From positions 3,830-67,829 of the IMG/VR virus record IMGVR_UViG_3300027754_000005: a stretch of DNA of 64,000 bases, one strand, 5' to 3'. The notes beneath the pieces were generated by a model, which was given only the letters and a program-made list of their open reading frames with translations, was not told the origin of the DNA and searched no databases. This DNA is from a virus. Shown here piece after piece: positions 19,364 to 26,595 of this stretch (its first letter is position 1; each line of letters starts with the position of its first letter). Both the position numbers and the translations under genes were made by a program.

Positions 19364-20736
19364 AATACTTATCAGTATGCTCTGGAGTTGAGGCTGCCAC
19401 AGTAGCATGGCATGACTTGGGCTTTGAGCCAGTAGCATTCTCGGAGATTGAAAAATTTCCGAGTGAGGTGTTGAACTTTCGTTACCCCAATGTACCAAAC
19501 ATGGGTGACATGACTAAATATAAGGAGTGGAAATTAAATGAATCAATCGACCTTCTTGTGGGAGGAACCCCATGCCAATCTTTTAGCGTCGCAGGGCTTA
19601 GAAAGGGACTCGAAGACCCTCGAGGAAACCTCATGCTCACATATGTTGGAATTCTTGACAAGTTTAGACCCAAGTGGTGCGTTTGGGAAAACGTGCCAGG
19701 TGTCCTCAGTTCCAACGGAGGACGGGATTTTGGTTCCTTCCTCGGGGCGCTGGGCGAACTCGGGTATGGGTGGGCCTTCCGTGTCCTTGATGCTCAGCAC
19801 TTTGGAGTACCACAAAGACGCCGCAGAGTCTTCGTTGTTGGATGTCTTGGAGACTGGGTCAGTCCCGCAAAGGTTCTTTTTGAGCCCGAAAGCTTGCGCC
19901 GGAATAATCCGAAGAGCAAAGGTAAGAAACAAAGTGCTCCCGCCTTTACTTCATCAAGCTTTGGAGGCTACAGTGAAGGAGTCGGGACAATCCGAGCTGC
20001 TGGAGGAGATCTCGGTGGCGGATCAGAAACTCTGATTGCTACACCCGATGGTAACCACACCACTGGCTCACTACTTGCCAGAGATTACAAAGGGATTGGA
20101 AATCAAGATTTAACCGATGGTCGTGGATTGGTTGTGTATGAAAACCATCCATCGGATTCAAGAGTTAAAGAGATGGGTGATGTATGTCAAACTGTGACTA
20201 GTAGCTGGGGAACTGGTGGTGGCAACATACCATTTGTTCAACCGATTGCGTTAGCTGAGAACACCATTGGTCGCAAACCATTAAATGGTGGTAATGGAAC
20301 TGGTTATACCGAAGGTGGACCTATGTACACATTGAACGCTACTGGGGTACATGGTGTTGCAGTTGATATGTACAACCTTACATTGAATGACAAGACTACT
20401 CAAACCCTTAGAGGTTTTGGACACATTGACCATGTAGGTGGAACTTTTGAGCCCATTGTGTTGGAAGATCAAGGTGGTAGCGTGATGCGTGTTACCAATA
20501 GTGGCGTTGTAGGTACATTGCGCAGAGAATCACATGGGCATGAACCTAGCGTTATACACAACATGGCAGTCAGAAGGCTTACACCGATTGAATGCGAGCG
20601 TTTACAGGGTTTTCCCGATGACTACACTAACATCAAAGCAAAATGTCCCGATGGGCCTCGTTACAAGGCTATGGGCAACAGCATGGCAGTACCGGTTATG
20701 AAGTGGATTGGACAACGAATAAAGGAAATGTCATGA
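19360..20736 (+). CDS. DNA (cytosine-5) methyltransferase with expanded variable region
   Basis: SVCSGVEA (I), GGTPCQSFS (IV), WENVPG (VI), PQRRRRVF (VIII), RRLTPIECERLQGFPD (IX), YKAMGNS (X). Confidence 0.95.
   Translation: MKYLSVCSGVEAATVAWHDLGFEPVAFSEIEKFPSEVLNFRYPNVPNMGDMTKYKEWKLNESIDLLVGGTPCQSFSVAGLRKGLEDPRGNLMLTYVGILDKFRPKWCVWENVPGVLSSNGGRDFGSFLGALGELGYGWAFRVLDAQHFGVPQRRRRVFVVGCLGDWVSPAKVLFEPESLRRNNPKSKGKKQSAPAFTSSSFGGYSEGVGTIRAAGGDLGGGSETLIATPDGNHTTGSLLARDYKGIGNQDLTDGRGLVVYENHPSDSRVKEMGDVCQTVTSSWGTGGGNIPFVQPIALAENTIGRKPLNGGNGTGYTEGGPMYTLNATGVHGVAVDMYNLTLNDKTTQTLRGFGHIDHVGGTFEPIVLEDQGGSVMRVTNSGVVGTLRRESHGHEPSVIHNMAVRRLTPIECERLQGFPDDYTNIKAKCPDGPRYKAMGNSMAVPVMKWIGQRIKEMS
19538..20035 (+). 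CDS. Nested alternative-frame ORF inside the MTase (EcoHK31I beta-like arrangement)
   Basis: 165 codons open in +1 frame; TAAGGAG SD at 19521-19527; SSLLDVLE...FFLSPKACAGIIRRA. Confidence 0.6.
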   Translation: MNQSTFLWEEPHANLLASQGLERDSKTLEETSCSHMLEFLTSLDPSGAFGKTCQVSSVPTEDGILVPSSGRWANSGMGGPSVSLMLSTLEYHKDAAESSLLDVLETGSVPQRFFLSPKACAGIIRRAKVRNKVLPPLLHQALEATVKESGQSELLEEISVADQKL

Positions 20737-20927
20737 TAGTAATACCATCGGATGTATACGACAAGGATGGCAATCTATTGAGGATTGAATTTTACAACGA
20801 ATTGGGTTCGTTTGAGATTCAGTCGTTGTGGGATCCAGCGGATGAACAAACCAGTGAAAACCGAAATGAATTTCGAAAATGGAGTTACACCATGGTCAAA
20901 AGGCAAAATTATGAAGTGGCTAACTAA
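20733..20927 (+). CDS. Small hypothetical protein
   Basis: ATGA overlap with MTase stop; AAGGA SD. Confidence 0.6.
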   Translation: MIVIPSDVYDKDGNLLRIEFYNELGSFEIQSLWDPADEQTSENRNEFRKWSYTMVKRQNYEVAN

Positions 20928-21029
20928 ATTGTTGCAGTGCATCCTGTCTACCCTGTCTCTATTGTGGCGCATCATAATATGCCAAAAGCACTAGATGTAG
21001 TGGTTGACTAGGTGCAAACCTACTGGAAA

Positions 21030-21144
21030 TCCATAGAAGACATAGAAGACATAGTAATATTGAATTATTTCTTTTTAAAATTAAAATAAAATAAAAAGAT
21101 ATAGGGTAAAGTGAGTTAGACCGTGGATACCCTGTCTTCTATGG
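21030..21144. repeat. Inverted repeat around an A/T tract (putative replication origin, element 2)
   Basis: 12-bp IR 21031-21042/21133-21144; TGGATACCCTGTCTT shared with element 1; directly upstream of primase. Confidence 0.7.
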
Positions 21145-21215
21145 CGAATCATAACTAAAAGTAATAAGCTATATAACTAAAAATTATATAGGTACACCAC
21201 CAAAAGTGCCTATAA

Positions 21216-21228
21216 TTTGCATAAGTAG
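21216..21228 (+). promoter_or_regulatory. Phage promoter core before primase
   Basis: TTTGCATAAGTAG without the upstream GGGC. Confidence 0.65.
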
Positions 21229-21251
21229 AAGAGCACAGAAGAGGAAAACAG

Positions 21252-23558
21252 ATGAAGCCGAAGGTCTTACCAGTATTATTCCAAAATATACCTCTTGCAC
21301 TACGCACAATCCCACGCTGGACACTGTGGAATTATGTAGAAGTGGGAGAGAATGAAACAAAACGCTGGTCAAAACTGCCAGTACAACCCTCTGGCAAGGC
21401 TGCCAGTTCAACAAACGCATCAACATGGACAGACTTTCATTCTGTCGAGGCAGCATACCTAACCGCCAAGTTTGATGGCATTGGATTTGTATTTACAAAA
21501 GATGACCATATTGTTGGCGTTGATATGGACGATTGCTTTGATGAGCAAACCCTTAAGTTCACCAACCCCATGTTAGAGGCGATTGCCAGTAAGATTGATG
21601 GTTACATGGAGATCAGCCCATCGGGTACTGGGGTCAAAATATTTACACTGGGCGACATCCCTAGTGCATTTGTTGACCACAGCATTGGTCTTGAAGTGTA
21701 CAAAATGGGTCGGTACTTTACTGTTACAGGGCAAAAGATTCGTGGAGAGTTACCAACCGAGTTGCAAGACTTTACTGACATCATCCCCGAGCGCACAGTA
21801 CGCTTAACTGGTGATGCCTTTGCTGACTACAACCCACCGCTTGATGGTTGGGACTTAGCTAAAGTTGAAACAGAACTACTACCAAACTTTGACCCAACTT
21901 ACTACACCGATTGGTTGCAAGTGGGGATGTGTTTACATCATCAATTCCAGGGCGACATCGAGGCTTGTGAGGCATGGGATCGCTGGTCATATGGTGATGG
22001 TAGCGTGGAAAGTTATAACAATAATGCGTGCGAGAACAAGTGGAAAACCTTTAGTCAAAAGAGTGGTGGAGCAACGCTACGCACATTGACTTATAAAATA
22101 TCATCGAACAAACGCAACGATGCGTTAGCCAAGGGTGATGTGATTCTGTCTGCAGCTCCATTGGAGAATGCTCAGACTTTTCTAGACTCAAAGTTCTCAT
22201 CTGAAGAAGGTATCAAGCTAGTGCATTACTCGGGCGATTTTTTTAGTTACCAAGGTACGCACTATTCTGAGGTTGAAGAGTCAACCATTCGCTCTGAGTT
22301 GTATAAGTTTTTAGACAAGTGTAAGAAACAAGATCGCAAAGGTAATATTGTTGCGTTTGCCCCAAATCCAGCAAGCGTGAGTGGTGCGATGGATGGCATC
22401 AAGGCATTGACCCACCTACAGAATCAAGCCAATACACGCCCGCCAGTATGGCTCGATGGTTACAGCGCCAATCGTCCCGAGGCGAGTAAACTGGTCAGCG
22501 TTAAGAATGGTTTGTTTCACTTAGAAGATAACATCCTACTGCCACACTCATTAGGTTTGTATACACAGAACTCATTGCCATTTGCATATGACCCGATGGC
22601 GCAATGCCCACTGTGGATGAAGTTCTTAGATGATGTTTGGGGAATGGATCAGCAGTCAATTGATTGCTTGCAAGAGATGTTTGGATACATATTATCGGGC
22701 GATACAGCACAGCAAAAGTTTTTTAACATCATTGGACCACGTCGTTCGGGTAAAGGCACAATCAACAAAATCTTAGTGGCGTTGCTTGGGCAACACAATA
22801 CAGTAGCACCACAACTGGAGGAACTTTGTGATACATTTGGTTTGCAACCTTGGCTGGGTAAGCTCCTCGCTTCTTTTACTGATGCGAGAGCACCTGAACG
22901 AAACAGATCTTCTGTTGTATCTCAGCTTCTGCGGATTGTGGGCGGGGACACTATTACCGTTAACCGTAAGAACAAGGAGAGTTGGAATGGTTATTTGCCT
23001 ACTCGCATTGTTATTTACAGTAACGAGGTTCTTCAATTAACAGAGAACTCTAATGCACTTACTGGTCGTATGGTAGTGCTCAAGATGACACACAGTTTTT
23101 ATAACAAGGAAGATACTAACCTATCAAACAAATTGATGGTTGAATTATCGGGCATTTTTAATTGGGCGATGGTTGGATTAAGTAGGCGGATTGAGCGTGG
23201 TGGGTATTTTGTGCAACCAGACAGTGGTAAAGAATTATTGGAAACCATGGAAGAGATGAGCAATCCAATTGGTGCGTTTATAGAGCAAGTTATGGAGTAT
23301 GATCCCGAAGGTGAAGTAGATAAGGATCACGCTTTTATTTGTTATAAGCGTTGGGCAACAAAGCATGGGCTCAATCCAGGAAATGATCTATCCTTTAAGC
23401 GTAGATTCCTTGCATCAACACAAGATAAGAATGTAATATCAAGCGCCATCCGAGTCGATGGTAAACGACAACACAAATACTTGGGTATCAAGCTGACAGA
23501 AAAAGCTCTGGCCTATGTAGAAAAGCAAGTATACTTTGAGGAAGAGGAAATATTTTGA
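21252..23558 (+). CDS. Primase-polymerase / PriCT-2 / D5-like SF3 helicase
   Basis: VGVDMDD, EISPSGTG, YFTVTG; WLQVGMCLH..WDRWS (PriCT-2); GPRRSGKGT Walker A. Confidence 0.92.
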   Translation: MKPKVLPVLFQNIPLALRTIPRWTLWNYVEVGENETKRWSKLPVQPSGKAASSTNASTWTDFHSVEAAYLTAKFDGIGFVFTKDDHIVGVDMDDCFDEQTLKFTNPMLEAIASKIDGYMEISPSGTGVKIFTLGDIPSAFVDHSIGLEVYKMGRYFTVTGQKIRGELPTELQDFTDIIPERTVRLTGDAFADYNPPLDGWDLAKVETELLPNFDPTYYTDWLQVGMCLHHQFQGDIEACEAWDRWSYGDGSVESYNNNACENKWKTFSQKSGGATLRTLTYKISSNKRNDALAKGDVILSAAPLENAQTFLDSKFSSEEGIKLVHYSGDFFSYQGTHYSEVEESTIRSELYKFLDKCKKQDRKGNIVAFAPNPASVSGAMDGIKALTHLQNQANTRPPVWLDGYSANRPEASKLVSVKNGLFHLEDNILLPHSLGLYTQNSLPFAYDPMAQCPLWMKFLDDVWGMDQQSIDCLQEMFGYILSGDTAQQKFFNIIGPRRSGKGTINKILVALLGQHNTVAPQLEELCDTFGLQPWLGKLLASFTDARAPERNRSSVVSQLLRIVGGDTITVNRKNKESWNGYLPTRIVIYSNEVLQLTENSNALTGRMVVLKMTHSFYNKEDTNLSNKLMVELSGIFNWAMVGLSRRIERGGYFVQPDSGKELLETMEEMSNPIGAFIEQVMEYDPEGEVDKDHAFICYKRWATKHGLNPGNDLSFKRRFLASTQDKNVISSAIRVDGKRQHKYLGIKLTEKALAYVEKQVYFEEEEIF

Positions 23559-24109
23559 AGAAGAAACTTTACCATGTAATTAAAGTGCCAATTTTTCCAG
23601 CAAACATTCATGTGTGCTTGGATGAAATGTCATTTAAACAAGCACTGAAAGACAAGAATGTAGTGCAAAAAGTGGAAATTATGGAAAATGGGGCGATGGC
23701 AGAAACCCATTCTGTACCAACAGCCGATGGTAGAACTTTCATTGGTTTATTGCTTGATCTAAATGCAATTGATGATTTAGATGCAACACTGGTTCATGAA
23801 TCTGTACATTTGGTGTATCGTATTTTTGAATACATGTGCGAAGAAACACCCGGTGAAGAAACAAGGGCTTATCTTACAGAGTATGTTTATAAAGAAATAA
23901 GGAGAGTGTTAGATGAGCCTAGTGTTAGAAAAAGACATAGAGAATTACTTGAACAAAAAAATCAAGCAGTCATCGGGGCTCTCATACAAATGGCTGAGCA
24001 GCGTGACGGGAGTACCAGATCGGATAGTAATTCTCAACCAAAAGATCCTATTCATAGAACTAAAAACACAGACAGGAAAACTGTCACCAAGGCAAGAGCT
24101 GGTATTTGA
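23555..24109 (+). CDS. HExxH-motif hypothetical protein
   Basis: LVHESVH...EETRAY zincin-like motif; 3' part overlaps VRR-NUC. Confidence 0.6.
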   Translation: MKKKLYHVIKVPIFPANIHVCLDEMSFKQALKDKNVVQKVEIMENGAMAETHSVPTADGRTFIGLLLDLNAIDDLDATLVHESVHLVYRIFEYMCEETPGEETRAYLTEYVYKEIRRVLDEPSVRKRHRELLEQKNQAVIGALIQMAEQRDGSTRSDSNSQPKDPIHRTKNTDRKTVTKARAGI

Positions 24110-24197
24110 TGAACTGGGCGAAGCTGGATTTCCAGTTCATGTGTTGCGCTCTAAAGAAGATGTTGATGACTTTATAATAGAGGCGACCCGTGGCTAG
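23913..24197 (+). CDS. VRR-NUC domain nuclease
   Basis: EKDIE...GVPDRIV...FIELK...LSPRQ; AGGAG SD. Confidence 0.9.
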   Translation: MSLVLEKDIENYLNKKIKQSSGLSYKWLSSVTGVPDRIVILNQKILFIELKTQTGKLSPRQELVFDELGEAGFPVHVLRSKEDVDDFIIEATRG

Positions 24198-24999
24198 AAA
24201 AGAAGTGTATCACAATGAAAAAAAATACAGACAAACAAAACGTGGTCATATTAGTAGAGCAATGGGTGCGGCATCAACTCGAGCAAGAAATGAATGTTTA
24301 GATTTTGATTTGGATTTAGATTATTTGGAATTGATTGCAACTGATTTTTGCCCAGTTTTTGGAACGCCATTTAACTGGGGTCAAGGAGAAAAAGTAAACG
24401 ATTGGTCTCCGTCGTTAGATAAAATTATTCCAGAATTTGGGTACATCAAACACAATGTTATATTTATCAGTATGCTTGCTAATAAAATAAAGCAAGATGT
24501 TACTGAGAATGAAATTTATTTGGTAGGCGACTGGTTACACGAAGAAAGAAAGAAGACTTTAGATGCTCTCAAAAGATCAGCTCCACCCGTACCAATTGAA
24601 CATGTTGTCATTAGCAAAGCAAATTCCGCATATCGGCTTATTTATGGAACCCGGACTTGGGAAGACCGCTACGGCGCTGACTATAATCAAGGAGAGCAAA
24701 CCTGGGAAGACCTTGGTAGTTGCCCCGAAGCGAGTGGCAGAAACAGTATGGTCACAGGAATGTGGCAAATGGGAACACTTGAAATCTTTTACAGTGGCAA
24801 AGGTTATCGGTACGCCAGCGCAACGGGAATTAGCACTGAAGAGCTCCAGCGACTTATATATTATAAACTTAGAGAACTTGGTTTGGCTATTGGATCAAAA
24901 TCCAAAATTCGATTATCTGATAATAGACGAGAGCAGTCGGTTCAAGGATCCCTCGACCAAGAGATTCAAAGCCCTCAAAAAGCATTTGAAGGGTTTTAA
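24190..24999 (+). CDS. HNH-like (homing) endonuclease
   Basis: CPVFG...SPSLDKIIPEFGYIKHNVIFISMLANKIK. Confidence 0.75.
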   Translation: MARKEVYHNEKKYRQTKRGHISRAMGAASTRARNECLDFDLDLDYLELIATDFCPVFGTPFNWGQGEKVNDWSPSLDKIIPEFGYIKHNVIFISMLANKIKQDVTENEIYLVGDWLHEERKKTLDALKRSAPPVPIEHVVISKANSAYRLIYGTRTWEDRYGADYNQGEQTWEDLGSCPEASGRNSMVTGMWQMGTLEIFYSGKGYRYASATGISTEELQRLIYYKLRELGLAIGSKSKIRLSDNRREQSVQGSLDQEIQSPQKAFEGF

Positions 25000-25891
25000 A
25001 AGGCGTATAATACTCACTGGTACACCCACCCCTCAAGGGATGGCTGATCTCTGGTCACAGGTAGGTATATTGGACTTAGGTGAGCGTTTGGAAAGCAGTC
25101 TTACTCGGTTTCGTGATAAATATATGAACCCAGGGCAACGTAATCGGCACACTGGGGTAATTTACAATTGGATATTAAAAGATGGTGCGGATAAAAGTAT
25201 TACAGATAAGATTTCAGATATATGTTATTCGCTTAAGGCTGAAGATTATCTGCAGTTGCCTACGCTTACGACGCTATTTCATAATGTGGAATTAGATAAA
25301 CCTATACGAGCAAAGTATAATGAACTTAGAAAAAACATGGTCGCTGAAATCGGTAAAGAACAGATCACAGCTCCAACAGCAGCGACATTGGCGGGGAAAT
25401 TGCTCCAGTTTACATCGGGCGCTGTTTATGCCGAAAATGGAAAAGCGCAAGAGATACACCGCGCTAAATTGGAATATCTTGAGTCGATCATGGAAGAGTC
25501 TTCCTCCCCTACGCTGGTCTTCTACCACTTCAAACACTCGCTCCAACGGATACGTCTTCAATTCCCGCAAGCTGTGGTGCTGGACGATGACAACATTGCA
25601 GCGTGGCGTCGTGGCGAGATTCGTATGCTCCTTGCCCATCCCCAGAGTGGGGGAATCGGGCTCAATCTACAGTGCAACATTGGAGAGACAGCCCAAACGG
25701 TGTGGTTCGATCTACCATGGAGTTCAGAAAACTACATCCAGGCTAACGCTCGGATCTATCGCCAAGGGCAAGAAAAACCGGTTATTATACACCATTTAGT
25801 GGTGTCCAATAGCATTGATGGGCATGTAGTAAATGTATTAAATGGCAAAATAACAATTCAAGATGCTTTAATGGATGCTTTAAATACATGA
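24563..25891 (+). CDS. SNF2-family helicase
   Basis: LHPYQ, MEPGLGKT, IIDESS, LTGTP, GIGLNLQ, QANARIYRQGQ. Confidence 0.93.
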   Translation: MLSKDQLHPYQLNMLSLAKQIPHIGLFMEPGLGKTATALTIIKESKPGKTLVVAPKRVAETVWSQECGKWEHLKSFTVAKVIGTPAQRELALKSSSDLYIINLENLVWLLDQNPKFDYLIIDESSRFKDPSTKRFKALKKHLKGFKRRIILTGTPTPQGMADLWSQVGILDLGERLESSLTRFRDKYMNPGQRNRHTGVIYNWILKDGADKSITDKISDICYSLKAEDYLQLPTLTTLFHNVELDKPIRAKYNELRKNMVAEIGKEQITAPTAATLAGKLLQFTSGAVYAENGKAQEIHRAKLEYLESIMEESSSPTLVFYHFKHSLQRIRLQFPQAVVLDDDNIAAWRRGEIRMLLAHPQSGGIGLNLQCNIGETAQTVWFDLPWSSENYIQANARIYRQGQEKPVIIHHLVVSNSIDGHVVNVLNGKITIQDALMDALNT

Positions 25892-26187
25892 GAATAATAA
25901 TAAATTGTAGTAAACCTCGTTTATCAGATGAAGAGGTAGATCCTTTAGAATTGGATGACATTGATGCATTTGCTGGACATTTAGACAGTGGGTGGTTACC
26001 CTGGGATTTAGATGACTTAATTGATATTGAGCGTATTATAGCGGAGCGTATGCCCAAAAAACAAAAATATGTTATTGAAGCATTTTTAACAGGTAGAACT
26101 TATTTAGATATAGGCGTTACTGAAAAACACTGGCGGTATCATTATGACAAAGCAATAGATTTTATTAAAGAGGAATTGAAATTATGA
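25888..26187 (+). CDS. Small protein with sigma region 4-like C-terminal half
   Basis: ERMPKKQKYVIEAFLTGRTYLDIGVTEKHWRYHYDKAIDFIKEEL parallels L-P-xxQ-R-xV...G-x-T-YxEI...GVS..T...H..RA...LR. Confidence 0.5.
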   Translation: MRIIINCSKPRLSDEEVDPLELDDIDAFAGHLDSGWLPWDLDDLIDIERIIAERMPKKQKYVIEAFLTGRTYLDIGVTEKHWRYHYDKAIDFIKEELKL

Positions 26188-26369
26188 ACACTTTTGTAGT
26201 AGAGCATGAGTACAAGGGTCATCCTATGTTTGAAACCATCACGGGTGTCGAAGATATTGACTTATCTATGTTTGATAAGATATTGACATTGTGGGTATGT
26301 GATAACCAAGAAGAAGTAAATGCTGTTGAAAGCGAGTTAAGGAGAAAACATGCACGACACAGTAAATAG
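26184..26369 (+). CDS. Hypothetical protein
   Basis: ATGA-coupled, GAGG SD. Confidence 0.6.
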   Translation: MNTFVVEHEYKGHPMFETITGVEDIDLSMFDKILTLWVCDNQEEVNAVESELRRKHARHSK

Positions 26370-26595
26370 TCCTAAACATTATATTAGTCATCCCAGTGGT
26401 ATAGATTGTATTCAGATTACTGAACACATGAGTTTTAATTTAGGTAATGCCATTAAATATATTTGGAGAGCCGATTTAAAACACGATGCAATTGAAGATT
26501 TGCGTAAAGCGCATTGGTATATTGAACGTGAAATTAAAAAGCGTATTAACCCAATTGAAGTTAATAACCATGTGGATAAGGAATGTGGAAAATGA
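26350..26595 (+). CDS. DUF3310/SaV-like protein
   Basis: DTVNSPKHY...DCI...FNLGNAIKYIWRA..K...EDLRKA.WYIEREI. Confidence 0.85.
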   Translation: MHDTVNSPKHYISHPSGIDCIQITEHMSFNLGNAIKYIWRADLKHDAIEDLRKAHWYIEREIKKRINPIEVNNHVDKECGK

